This document shows positions 9,497 to 19,017 of a DNA stretch of 51,706 bases, one piece after another (the stretch's first letter is position 1; each line of letters opens with the position of its first letter). The notes beneath the pieces were generated by a model. It was not told where the DNA came from, searched no databases, and worked only from the letters and a program-made list of their open reading frames with translations. This DNA comes from Syntrophaceae bacterium UBA2208 (lineage in GTDB: Bacteria; Desulfobacterota; BSN033; UBA1163), in contig DCUS01000125.1 of assembly GCA_002327885.1 (NCBI GenBank), forward strand, positions 1 to 51,706, read 5' to 3'. The position numbers and the translations under genes were made by a program.

Positions 9497-10759
9497 ATGG
9501 AACAATCATTTCAGACTCAATTGAAGGAGATGGAGGGGGCGGACATATTGGTAGGGGTCCCCAGTTACAACAATGCCCGGACCATTGGGCATGTGGTGCG
9601 GGCGGTGATGGCGGGTCTTGCCAAGTACTTTCCGAGGGCGAAGGCGGTATTGGTCAACTCAGATGGGGGGTCGAAGGATGGCACTCAGGAAGAGGTGAAG
9701 AAGGTACAGATAGAGGATTTCAAGACCATTCTGACATCTCACCCCGTTCATCCGCTCTCGAAGATTGTCACCCCCTACCATGGGATCCCCGGCAAAGGGA
9801 GTGCTTTTCGGACGATTTTTGAGGCGGCGGTATCCCTTGGGGCAAAAGCCTGTGTGGTGGTAGATTCGGATTTAAGGTCGATTACTCCGGAGTGGATGGA
9901 ACTTCTTTTGAGGCCTGTTTATGAAGAGGGTTTTGATTATGTGGCTCCTCTTTATGCCCGGCATAAGTTCGATGGGACGATCACGAACAGCATTGTCTAT
10001 CCGTTGACTCGGGCTTTGTATGGGAAAAGGATTCGTCAGCCCATTGGAGGAGATTTTGGTTTTTCAGGGAAGTTAGCGAGTTTCTATTTGACCCAGGAGG
10101 TGTGGGAGACCGATGTGGCCCGTTTCGGGATTGATATTTGGATGACCACTTTGGCGATTGCGGAAGGGTATCGGGTATGCCAATCCTACCTCGGGGCGAA
10201 AATCCATGATGCCAAGGATCCGGGCAGCGATTTGGGACCGATGTTTGCGCAGGTGGTTTCTTCGGTCTATGGGATGATGGGGAAATATGAGCCTTTGTGG
10301 AAGGAGGTTAAAGAAACCCAAGCTGTTCCGACGTTTGGATTCCATTATGAGGTGGGGCTGGAGCCTGTCTCTGTCAATATTGAGCGGATGGTGGGAAATT
10401 TCCGGTTGGGGGTGAAAGATTTAATGGAGATATGGGGGAAGGCGTTGACCCATGAGACAGCCCATTGGTTGGAATCGATTGGTCGTTTATCCGATGAGGC
10501 TTTTTCATTCCCCAAGGATTTGTGGGTTCGCATTATCTATGACTTTGCCACGATCTATCATCGGGGGTCGTTTCATCGTGATCACTTATTGAAATCGATG
10601 ATTCCGCTTTATTTGGGGAGGGTGGCTTCTTTTGTCAAGGAGAACCTGAGGAGTTCGGCCGGCGAAGTGGAGGAGGGGATCGAGTCTCTTTGCAAAGTCT
10701 TTGAGGAGATGAAGCCTTACCTCATCGAGCGTTGGGGTAAGGAAAAAGGAGGTGGGTAG
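9497..10759 (+). CDS. GT-A fold glycosyltransferase (possible one-step glucosylglycerate/mannosylglycerate-type synthase)
   Basis: ADILVGVPSYNNARTIGHVV...VVVDSDLRSI (DxD-like) is an N-terminal GT-A domain, followed by an alpha-helical C-terminal domain. The functional guess rests only on the position next to gpgS and the phosphatase. Confidence 0.5.
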   Translation: MEQSFQTQLKEMEGADILVGVPSYNNARTIGHVVRAVMAGLAKYFPRAKAVLVNSDGGSKDGTQEEVKKVQIEDFKTILTSHPVHPLSKIVTPYHGIPGKGSAFRTIFEAAVSLGAKACVVVDSDLRSITPEWMELLLRPVYEEGFDYVAPLYARHKFDGTITNSIVYPLTRALYGKRIRQPIGGDFGFSGKLASFYLTQEVWETDVARFGIDIWMTTLAIAEGYRVCQSYLGAKIHDAKDPGSDLGPMFAQVVSSVYGMMGKYEPLWKEVKETQAVPTFGFHYEVGLEPVSVNIERMVGNFRLGVKDLMEIWGKALTHETAHWLESIGRLSDEAFSFPKDLWVRIIYDFATIYHRGSFHRDHLLKSMIPLYLGRVASFVKENLRSSAGEVEEGIESLCKVFEEMKPYLIERWGKEKGGG

Positions 10760-11471
10760 CATGGGAGAGATCTGGCAAAGCGCCATATATGATTCGTTTA
10801 ACAAATTTTTAGGAAAAGTGACCACATTCCTGCCTAATCTGCTGGCGATGATCACGATTCTGATCATCGGGTTTCTCATTGCCTGGGCAATAAAGATATT
10901 GCTTTTACGTTTCTTAAATGCAATTAAGTTTGATAAGATTGGTGAAAAGTGGGGATTGACCCATATGCTCTCCAAAGGGGGAATGTCCTACTCCCCTGCA
11001 AATCTATTAAGTAAGTTCTTCTATTGGGTCATTGTCCTCATCACCCTCATCCTGGGGATTAATGCGCTTGAAGTGGCCGCGACACAAAACTTCGTCGCCC
11101 AATTCTTTAACTACCTTCCCAATCTCTTTGCAGCGATGATTATCCTGGTCATCGGATATTTGGTCGCTATATTCTTAAGCCAGGCCGCTTTGATTGCAGC
11201 CGTGAATGCCCAGATGGAATCAGCCAAATTCCTCAGCGGTTCTGTCCGATGGTTCATCATCGTTCTCACTTTGACCATGTCTCTCTATCATTTGGGCATT
11301 GCTGAGAAAGTGATTGTTTCGGCCTTTTCTATTACCTTTGGCGGCATCGTGCTTGCCTTATCCATTTCCTTTGGCTGGGGGGGGAGAGAATTGGCGAAGG
11401 ATTTCCTTGAAAGGCTTTATAGAAAAAAAGAGAAAGGAGAAGGTGAACAAGACCATCTCTCTCACATTTGA
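10752..11471 (+). CDS. Multi-pass membrane protein with repeated TM-helix modules (resembles N-terminal part of MscS-like channels)
   Basis: 239 aa with four or more hydrophobic helices arranged as repeats, and a charged C-terminus (KKEKGEGEQD). No MscS beta-domain was seen. Confidence 0.45.
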   Translation: MGSMGEIWQSAIYDSFNKFLGKVTTFLPNLLAMITILIIGFLIAWAIKILLLRFLNAIKFDKIGEKWGLTHMLSKGGMSYSPANLLSKFFYWVIVLITLILGINALEVAATQNFVAQFFNYLPNLFAAMIILVIGYLVAIFLSQAALIAAVNAQMESAKFLSGSVRWFIIVLTLTMSLYHLGIAEKVIVSAFSITFGGIVLALSISFGWGGRELAKDFLERLYRKKEKGEGEQDHLSHI

Positions 11472-11485
11472 AAGTAAATTTCTCA

Positions 11486-12547
11486 TCAATCAGGCCTCAG
11501 GCGAAGGCCACTCTGATCATCGAAGAAGTAGACATCGTGAAGGGAGAAAGAGGCCATAATTTGGTTTTGGAGGTGAGGTGTTTCGGCCGTAAGTATTTTA
11601 AATTCATTCTCGCCGACCCTGACGGAGACAAGGTGGGTAGTTCCAATCGGTTCGGTGAGGACGGCGGTTCCCTTCAAAGAGATCTCCTGATGTGTCCCCA
11701 GGACGATCTGTTCGGGTCTGATCCCTGCCAGGACTTCCCCTTGGGTTTTGATCGTCGTGTCAAAAACAATCAGGCCGTCGTCCGAGATGAACTTTGCGTT
11801 TTCGATTCTCCCATGAAACAGATTGATGCGGTGGGTTCCTAAAAATTCTGCCACAAATCGATGGTCTGGATTTTTATAAATGGATATGGGTTCTCCAGTC
11901 TGCCTGATTGTTCCATGATTCATCACTACGACGAAATCGGACATCATCATGGCCTCTGTCTGGTCATGGGTAACATAGATCACGGTGGCCTGAAGATCCC
12001 TGAAAAGTTTTTTAAGCTCTGTCCGGGTCACCTCTCTGACCTGGGCGTCCAGGTTACTCAGTGGTTCATCAAGAAGAAAGACTTCCGGGTCTCTGACCAG
12101 GGCCCTTCCGAGAGCCACGCGCTGCTGTTGTCCTCCGGAAAGCTGTTTTGGATATCTTTCCATGAAATCTTGTAGGTTGAGCATTCTTGCCACGTCATAC
12201 ACTTTCTTTTTTATGTCATGTTCCGGGTATCCTCTTAACCTGAGCCCGATGGCCATGTTCTCAAAGACCCTTTTGTGAGGATAAAGAGCATAGTTTTGGA
12301 AGACCATGGCAATGTTCCGCTTACCAGGAGGCACATCGTTCACGACGCCTCTCCCGATCAGAACCTCTCCGGAATCAGGTCTCTCTAAACCTGCAATCAA
12401 TCGGAGAAGGGTTGTCTTTCCACAGCCGGAGGGACCGAGAACAGAAGTGAACATTCCATTTGGGATTCTGAGGTTGATGTCTTGCAGAGCCGTGATCTTC
12501 CCACCCATGAAGAATTTTCTTACATTTTTCAGCTCAACTTCCGCCAT
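11486..12547 (-). CDS. Sugar ABC transporter ATP-binding protein (MalK/UgpC type)
   Basis: Walker A GPSGCGKTT, signature LSGGQQQRVALGRAL and Walker B FLLDEPLSNLD, plus a C-terminal regulatory (TOBE-like) domain. Confidence 0.9.
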   Translation of the reverse strand: MAEVELKNVRKFFMGGKITALQDINLRIPNGMFTSVLGPSGCGKTTLLRLIAGLERPDSGEVLIGRGVVNDVPPGKRNIAMVFQNYALYPHKRVFENMAIGLRLRGYPEHDIKKKVYDVARMLNLQDFMERYPKQLSGGQQQRVALGRALVRDPEVFLLDEPLSNLDAQVREVTRTELKKLFRDLQATVIYVTHDQTEAMMMSDFVVVMNHGTIRQTGEPISIYKNPDHRFVAEFLGTHRINLFHGRIENAKFISDDGLIVFDTTIKTQGEVLAGIRPEQIVLGTHQEISLKGTAVLTEPIGTTHLVSVRVGENEFKILTAETPHLQNQIMASFSLHDVYFFDDQSGLRLRPD

Positions 12548-12551
12548 TTCA

Positions 12552-13373
12552 TCATCCTTTCATTGCTCCTGTCGTCAGACCCTCAATCACCCAGCGTTGC
12601 AAGGCGGCGATGAAGAGGATAACCGGGATCGTGGTTAAAGCCACAGCGGCATTTATTTCACCCCAGGGAATTTCATAAACCGATGTACCACTCAACATGG
12701 AGATGCCTACCGGGACGGTATATTTCAATTGGGAAGGCATCAGTGTTAGGGCCAAGATGAATTCATTCCAGCAGAAGATGAAAACCAGCACGGCTGTAAT
12801 GGAAAGGGTGGGCCGGCTCAAAGGGATAACGATTTTAAACAGTCTTCCCATTGGAGAAAAGCCATCCATCAAGGCTGCCTCGTCGAGCTCTTTGGGCAAC
12901 TGCCTGAATGCGGCATGGAGCATCCATACCGCAAAGGGAAGATTCAGAGCCGTGTAGGAAAGAATCAGTCCGAAATAATGATTGACCAACATCAGCTTTG
13001 CCAACACCACAAAAAAAGGGATGGCGAGAAGCGCCGGGGGGACAATCGCTCCGATCAGGAACCATCTCTGAATCCTTCCGGCTTTTTCCAGATCCAGAGA
13101 TCTGAGACGGAAAGCGATCAAAGAAGCAATCCAAAGGGTCAATACTGTGGCTCCTCCTGCCACGATGAGGCTATTGAGAATATAACGACCGAAGGGCCTT
13201 TTGCTAAAGACATTTTCCGCATTTTCTAAGGAAAATTTCTCTGGAATATAAGTAACCGGAAGGGAGAAAACTTCGTCCGACGGCTTCAAGGCAGTCAGGA
13301 TCGTCCAGAAAAAGGGAAAGAGGCAGTAGAGAATCACAAGCCCCATGAATAGATAGAGAAGAATCTTTTTCAT
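12552..13373 (-). CDS. Carbohydrate ABC transporter permease (MalG/UgpE type)
   Basis: 273 aa with six hydrophobic segments and an EAA loop (ELDEAALMDGFSPMGRLFKIVIPL). Its start overlaps the upstream permease stop by 4 nt. Confidence 0.9.
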   Translation of the reverse strand: MKKILLYLFMGLVILYCLFPFFWTILTALKPSDEVFSLPVTYIPEKFSLENAENVFSKRPFGRYILNSLIVAGGATVLTLWIASLIAFRLRSLDLEKAGRIQRWFLIGAIVPPALLAIPFFVVLAKLMLVNHYFGLILSYTALNLPFAVWMLHAAFRQLPKELDEAALMDGFSPMGRLFKIVIPLSRPTLSITAVLVFIFCWNEFILALTLMPSQLKYTVPVGISMLSGTSVYEIPWGEINAAVALTTIPVILFIAALQRWVIEGLTTGAMKG

Positions 13374-15334
13374 TTCGGAACCTTTTCGTACCGGAGTGTC
13401 ATCGTCTTAACAATAACAACGCTAACCAAAATGAGCGTCAGCAGGAAGAATGAGGTGAGAAAAAATCCATAACCTAACTCATCATATCGAAAGGCGAGAT
13501 CATAAATGTAGAGACTCAAAGTGCGGGTGCTGTCTGCGGGTCCCCCTTTGGTGAGAACCCAAATGAGATCAAATATTCCTGCAGCATGAATGACTCTGAA
13601 AATGAGGGCAATCCGTATAAAGGGGATGAGCATCGGGAGGATGAGGTGGAGTAATTTCTTGGGAAGGTCTGCCCCATCAAGGGAAAGACTTTCCGTGAGC
13701 TCTTTTGGAATGGATTGTAGCCCTGCGAGAAGAATAATTGTCACAAAGGGTGTGGTCTTCCAGACATCCGCAAAGACAGCGGCCAACATGGCTCCTTCGG
13801 GACTTGAGAGCCAATTCAAGGGTTCCTGAATGAAGCCGATTCTCACCAGGACATCATTGATCACTCCAAAAGGGTTGTTAAACATCCACTGCCATGCCAT
13901 GGCCATCACGGCCGTCGGGAGTGCCCAGGGGATAAGAACAGAAAGGCGGTTCAACGTCCTCCCTCTCAAAGGGGCATTGAGAATCAGAGCAAAACAGAGC
14001 CCGAGAAATAGTTCGAAAGGCACCGAAAGAATCGTGAAAAGCAGGGTATTTTCCACTGTCTTGTGAAGGTCAACATCGACGGCAAGACGCCTAACCCAAT
14101 TCACTTTTTTCCCCTGGATATAACTGCTTACAGAACGATCCATGGCCGACACAGCATCCTGGGGGCGTTCAATCCCGACCAGGACTGCGCTCACATGCTT
14201 CTGGAGGATAGCGCTCACTTTGGCGTAATCGGGATGGACGGGTCTTGGTCTTGCTTTCAGAAGCACCTTGTAAAGTTCACTGGTGTGGGGACTCTCCTTC
14301 TGAATATCGGCATCATCGAAAAGGGATTTCCTGGTAGGAACGGCTCCTCTTCTAAAGTGAAGGATCTTCTGGGCATTGGCTGAGGTGGCAAATTCAATGA
14401 ATTTCCATGCTGCCTCTGGATGTTTTATCCCCTGCGCGATCCCTAATCCCCAGCCTCCAAGGGTGCCGGCGGGTTTCTGGCCTGCTTTGTGGATAAAAGG
14501 CACGATCCCTACCTTTCCTTTGAGCGGAGAATGGCTCAGTCTCAACCAAGCATAAGGCCAGTTTCTCATGAATAAAGCTTTACCTCTTTCGAAAAACTCT
14601 AAGGAATGCTGTTCCTGAAACGTCAGGACGCTTCGGGGCGCCCAGCCTTCCTCGATGACCTTCTTCATGAAACGGAGGGCCTCTATATTTTCAGGGGTTT
14701 CGAGACAAACCTTCTCGTTCTCATCCAAGACGGTCCCCCCTGCTCCCCATAGATATTCTAAATAATTGCATACCAGCCCTTCATACTGCATCCCTTGAAA
14801 CACAATGCCGTAACGTTCCGGAGGGTTGGAGTATGTCCTGCAGAGGTGCTCGAATTCCTCCCAGGTCTTAGGAGGTCGGGAAATGATATCTTTTCGATAA
14901 TAGAGCATTCCGACATCACTTCTTACAGGCACCCGGTAAATATGACTCTTGTAGTGACTGGCTTCGATGTCCCCTGGAAGAAATTTTTCCTGTTCTTCCT
15001 GAGGAAACCATGAATCAAGAGGCAAGAGCCATCCCCTTTGGGCGAAATTTGCCGTCCAGATTACATCCATGTAAACAAGTTCAAAGGGATCCCCGCCCAG
15101 AAAGGATCGGATATACATGTTCTGTCGTTCATCGGTGGACCACGGCCCTGAGATATAACTAATTTTTATGTCAGCGTGCCTTTCATGGAAATTTCGAATG
15201 ACCTCTGCCCAGGCTCCTCCGATGTCCTCGGGCCCGATCATTCTGAGGACCACTTGAGCAGAGGTGGAAACAGGAATACACAGGAGGATCAGAAGAATTA
15301 CAATCAGTCCGGTTCGTCTCACCTCCGCTTTCAT
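13370..15334 (-). CDS. Fusion protein: family-1 extracellular solute-binding protein (N-terminal ~420 aa) + MalF/UgpA-type ABC permease (C-terminal ~245 aa)
   Basis: This is one uninterrupted ORF. It has a signal/anchor (LIVILLILLCIPVSTSAQ), then a sugar-SBP-like region (GWGLGIAQGIKHPEAAWKFIEF). After that comes a permease core with the EAA loop ELTESLSLDGADLPKKLLHLILP. I preferred ATG 15334 to track start 15367, which has no RBS and overlaps the usp gene. Confidence 0.8.
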   Translation of the reverse strand: MKAEVRRTGLIVILLILLCIPVSTSAQVVLRMIGPEDIGGAWAEVIRNFHERHADIKISYISGPWSTDERQNMYIRSFLGGDPFELVYMDVIWTANFAQRGWLLPLDSWFPQEEQEKFLPGDIEASHYKSHIYRVPVRSDVGMLYYRKDIISRPPKTWEEFEHLCRTYSNPPERYGIVFQGMQYEGLVCNYLEYLWGAGGTVLDENEKVCLETPENIEALRFMKKVIEEGWAPRSVLTFQEQHSLEFFERGKALFMRNWPYAWLRLSHSPLKGKVGIVPFIHKAGQKPAGTLGGWGLGIAQGIKHPEAAWKFIEFATSANAQKILHFRRGAVPTRKSLFDDADIQKESPHTSELYKVLLKARPRPVHPDYAKVSAILQKHVSAVLVGIERPQDAVSAMDRSVSSYIQGKKVNWVRRLAVDVDLHKTVENTLLFTILSVPFELFLGLCFALILNAPLRGRTLNRLSVLIPWALPTAVMAMAWQWMFNNPFGVINDVLVRIGFIQEPLNWLSSPEGAMLAAVFADVWKTTPFVTIILLAGLQSIPKELTESLSLDGADLPKKLLHLILPMLIPFIRIALIFRVIHAAGIFDLIWVLTKGGPADSTRTLSLYIYDLAFRYDELGYGFFLTSFFLLTLILVSVVIVKTMTLRYEKVPK

Positions 15335-15341
15335 TTTTCCA

Positions 15342-16220
15342 TTATTCCTGACTTTGCTTTTGATCATTTACTTTTTTTCGAAACTTAGACTTTGAACGGC
15401 TAAATGCTTCTTTAAGTTCTTCAAGGGTTTTATCCAGGCCGACCCTGAGTTCCTCCCACGCTTCTTCACTCGAATCTTTGAGCTCCTGCAGTTTCTGGCG
15501 GGCGGCTTCCTGTTTCTGCCTTAGATTTTCAATCCGCTCCTTATACATCGTCTGAGCATCCGCTTTGACCTGTTCTGCCCTTGCTTTTAAACCCTCTATT
15601 TGGGGTTCCCACTCCTTCAATTGGGTTTCGATTCTCTCTTGATAAACCTTTTTTTTCTCCAGTAGGATCTCCTTTGGTTTTTGAATCAATGTCTTCATGT
15701 CAGGAGGAGCTTTTTCCGACTCAGAGGGTTCGGGTTCTCGAATCCCCGGACTTGCTTCCTTTGCTTCCTCCGGAAGACGATGAACCAGAAGAACGGGGCA
15801 TTGAGCAAGACGCATCACCTTTTCTGTCACCGATCCGAAAATGAGACGCTCCCATCCCGATTTTCCTTGAGTTGCCAGAACCAAAAGATCCGGCTTCTCT
15901 TCATCTGCAAGATCTATGATTTGTTGGGCCGGATCCCCTTGGAGCATAATGAGACGTGAACTTACCTGGTTCGATTCCAATTGATGAACCACTTCTTCGA
16001 GTGCCTTTCTTGAGGAAACTTCCAATTCCTGTTGGTAAGAGCGAGTATCAAAAGTCGATGGGATTCCCTCCGCAAAAGGGATAACAGGGACAGGGGAGAC
16101 GATGTGGACAATGCACAATTCGGATTTAAAGTGATAGGCTAACTCCTTTGCAACGGTCACAGCTTGACGTGATGGTTCACTGAAATCTGTAGGACAAAGA
16201 ATCTTCTTAAAGGGTAACAT
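15342..16220 (-). CDS. Universal stress protein (UspA domain) fused to one ~95-aa coiled-coil module
   Basis: The N-terminus MLPFKKILCPTDFSEPS...LLVLATQGKSGWERLIFGSVTEKV is the USP ATP-binding fold. The C-terminus KKVYQERIETQLKEWEPQIEGLKARAE...SSEEAWEELRVGLDKTLEELKEAF is heptad-rich. A paralogue lies at 29485-30618. Confidence 0.75.
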   Translation of the reverse strand: MLPFKKILCPTDFSEPSRQAVTVAKELAYHFKSELCIVHIVSPVPVIPFAEGIPSTFDTRSYQQELEVSSRKALEEVVHQLESNQVSSRLIMLQGDPAQQIIDLADEEKPDLLVLATQGKSGWERLIFGSVTEKVMRLAQCPVLLVHRLPEEAKEASPGIREPEPSESEKAPPDMKTLIQKPKEILLEKKKVYQERIETQLKEWEPQIEGLKARAEQVKADAQTMYKERIENLRQKQEAARQKLQELKDSSEEAWEELRVGLDKTLEELKEAFSRSKSKFRKKVNDQKQSQE

Positions 16221-16342
16221 CTTCCCTTCCTCCTTTCTTTGAATTTTTTTATCTCAACTTCATCCCAATTCGACGTTTCCAATATCCGTAATGCCAACCC
16301 GAAGTGCCGATATGGATACGCTCTTGCTCCCTCATAAGATTC

Positions 16343-16927
16343 CTAAGCCAATTTCTTTTTCAGCCGATAGATTGTTTCAAAAGAATTAAATAGATCAAGA
16401 TATTGCTCAAGGTAAGGGGTAAGCAAAAAATTCTTTCTCGCTGTCTCCTTTGCCTTCTTACCCATTCGGTGCCGGAGTTTTTCATTCTTGATCAATTTGA
16501 TTGTTTTTTCTGATGCCTTCTTTATGGACGAGACTAAAAAACCATTTTCCCCGTTACTGATCTGGCATCGAATTCCACCTACGTTTCCTCCAATCACGGG
16601 GGTCCCTTTCCACATGGCTTCAGCAACTGTCACACCAAAGCCTTCACGGATCGATTTTTGAAGCACAACCGTTGCTTTTCTTTGTAAGGCATTCACCAGC
16701 GCAGTGTCCCGGTGGCTTAGTATGATGATCCGTTCATCGCGGCATTCCAGAAGAGATTCATAAACCTCTGCTCCTTCCGGATCGTCTGTCGCCATATTCC
16801 CAAGCAGAACAAGGGTGCAGTCCACCTCCTTTCTTGCAAGTGTGAATGCTTATATGACCCCTTTCGGGTCTTTCCATCGGTCGAAACGAGAAATTTGCAC
16901 GACCAGAGGGAGATCTGTTGATGGATC
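16343..16927 (-). pseudogene. treT: Trehalose glycosyltransferring synthase (TreT-type GT4) remnant: C-terminal ~190 codons with an in-frame TAA
   Basis: Translating beyond the track ORF gives [51 protein letters not shown]...LQKSIREGFGVTVAEAMWKGTPVIGGNVGGI. This follows the TreT motif order. TAA is at 16850-16852, and the N-terminal GT-B half is absent. Confidence 0.6.
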
Positions 16928-17274
16928 GGGCGCCACTCGTCTCCTTTCAGAGGATCTCTCTTGTCAATCGTCTCTCCAAAGACATTGAACACCCTTCCCA
17001 GCACCCCCTTTCCAACGGGCACCTTTAGAAAATGACCTGTATCGATAACCGCGGATCCCAGAGCCAACCCTTGTGTGGGTGTAAGGGCAATGCCGCGGAC
17101 CGTACTGGAATCGAGATGGTTGATCACTTCGATGATAATGTTTTCGTCACCGCCCGCCCTCAGAACGTTATAGAGAGGCGGAAGACGTTCGGAAAACCTT
17201 ACGTCGACCACACTGCTTCGGACCGAAATGACCGTTCCCCGGTTGGATGGATCAGAAGTTTTTTGACTGTCCAT
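16921..17274 (-). pseudogene. atpD: F1-type ATP synthase beta subunit remnant: N-terminal ~120 codons only
   Basis: GTVISVRSSVVDVRFSE..LPPLYNVL...IIIEVINHLDSSTVRGIALTPTQGLALGSAVIDTGHFLKVPVGKGVLGRVFNVFGETID...WRPIH matches the beta-barrel N-domain of AtpD. Homology stops before the P-loop, at the junction with the treT remnant. Confidence 0.65.
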
Positions 17275-17444
17275 CGATTCATTTCCTTTTTTTGTTCTTG
17301 ATTCGCGCAATACACGGCTTCACTTCGATGATACTATTCGGATCTAAAGAGATGGAAAGCATCTCTGATCGGGAGATACAGATCGCAATCCCCATCCATA
17401 TCAGTAACGTCAAAGGCCGTGACCCTCCATCCCTTTGCCATCCT

Positions 17445-18890
17445 TTATCGAAGTGTAACTATTTTAAGTGAGTCGGCGCCATTCATCTCGCTGGTCGATA
17501 CACCCTCTACTAAAATAAATCTGTCACCTTTCCGGACCATTCCTGCATTGCCCATGAATTGCATGATCATATCAATCCGGAGATCCACCTGATTTTCCAC
17601 ATAAACAGGAAAAACCCCATAGGACATTGTCAGTAGCCTGTTCGCTTTCTCGTTGCCGCCAAAAGAAAATATCCAACAGTCGGGTTTAAATCGCGAGATA
17701 AGGCGAGGGGTGCCCCCGCTTTGCGTGGGAACGACGATATAGGGGATCTTTAATGCCTGCGCGGCTTCAACCGCATTCAGGGAAACGATATCCTCAGCGG
17801 TAGTTTTACCAAGACCTGCACCCTCCCTAAAATACGCCGGCAGATCGGATAAAGCTCTTATGACTTCCCATTCCCGTTCAACAGAGGTTGCGATTTTGGC
17901 CATCATTTCCACCGCTTCGACGGGATACCGACCTATGGCGGTTTCTTCAGACAACATAATGGCATCCGTTCCATCCAGAATCGCATTAGCCACGTCGGAT
18001 ACCTCAGCCCTGGTCGGCCTGATATTCTCCGTCATGGTTACCAGCATTTGGGTCGCTGTTATGACCGGACGTCCCAAAAGATTTGCCTTATGGATGAGTT
18101 TTTTCTGTATTGCCGGAACATCCTCCAGGGGAATCTGTACCCCCATGTCACCACGGGCGATCATGATTGCGTCGGCTGCATTTAGTATTTCGTCGATGTT
18201 GTCGATTGCTTCTGCCCGTTCAATTTTTGCTACCACATGGACCGACTTCCCTCTTTTTCCTGCAAACTCCCTCAGTTTTATGATGTCATCCGCTGATTCC
18301 GCAAATGAAACCCCGAAGGTGTCAATTCCCTCCCCCAGAGCAAAGTCAACGAACGCGAGATCACTTTCCGATACCGCATCTGCAAATATTTTTACCCCCG
18401 GAAGGTTTAATCCTTTATGGGAAAGTAGTGGACCGCCGATAATCGTGCGGCAGAACACCTCATCCGCCAATATCTTCTCCACCTGTAGTTGTATGAATCC
18501 GTCATTCAGAAAAATAAGGCTTCCCGGGGAGACGCTTTCAGGCAATCTGCTGTATTCAACGGGTATGCGGGCAGGCGTGCCGAGAATGTCTTTGGTGGTC
18601 AAAATGACCTCATCCCCTTTTTCCAATAAAAGCGGTTCTTCCTGGAGGTTACCGATTCGGATCTTAGGACCGGGTAGATCAACCATAATCAGACAATAAC
18701 GTTGGAGCTTCGCAGCCACAGCGCGTATATGCCGGATATCCTCCTTATGCCCCTGCAAAGTTCCATGGGCGAAATTGAGTCGTGCCACATTCATTCCCCG
18801 TTCAATCAATTGTTCCAGAACTGTTTCCGAACGGGAGGCAGGGCCTATGGTGCAGACGATCTTGGTTTTATGCGCCGGCAACTTCATCAT
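17445..18890 (-). CDS. pyk: Pyruvate kinase
   Basis: KTKIVCTIGPAS, NVARLNFAHG, MIARGDMGVQIP and ITATQMLVTM motifs; 481 aa. Confidence 0.9.
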   Translation of the reverse strand: MMKLPAHKTKIVCTIGPASRSETVLEQLIERGMNVARLNFAHGTLQGHKEDIRHIRAVAAKLQRYCLIMVDLPGPKIRIGNLQEEPLLLEKGDEVILTTKDILGTPARIPVEYSRLPESVSPGSLIFLNDGFIQLQVEKILADEVFCRTIIGGPLLSHKGLNLPGVKIFADAVSESDLAFVDFALGEGIDTFGVSFAESADDIIKLREFAGKRGKSVHVVAKIERAEAIDNIDEILNAADAIMIARGDMGVQIPLEDVPAIQKKLIHKANLLGRPVITATQMLVTMTENIRPTRAEVSDVANAILDGTDAIMLSEETAIGRYPVEAVEMMAKIATSVEREWEVIRALSDLPAYFREGAGLGKTTAEDIVSLNAVEAAQALKIPYIVVPTQSGGTPRLISRFKPDCWIFSFGGNEKANRLLTMSYGVFPVYVENQVDLRIDMIMQFMGNAGMVRKGDRFILVEGVSTSEMNGADSLKIVTLR

Positions 18891-19017
18891 AACCTTTCCT
18901 GTCTCTTATTTCTTCGATGCCTTCGTTTTGAATCTGTTGACCACAAGGCGTTGAGCGCATACTCCTGCACTATCCTGTGGGGGCACTGATCGTCGATCAT
19001 CAATCGTTTGCCATATT

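Noticed and set aside
16850-16852. In-frame TAA in treT (and TAA at 46504-46506 in the P460 gene) as programmed recoding
   Set aside because: TAA is not a Sec or Pyl codon and no recoding structure is evident. I treat both as nonsense mutations or sequencing errors.
17860-18699. 279-aa + strand ORF
   Set aside because: It is antisense to the clearly homologous pyruvate kinase gene. The Ser/Ala/Ile-rich product has no recognisable motifs. This is a typical shadow ORF.
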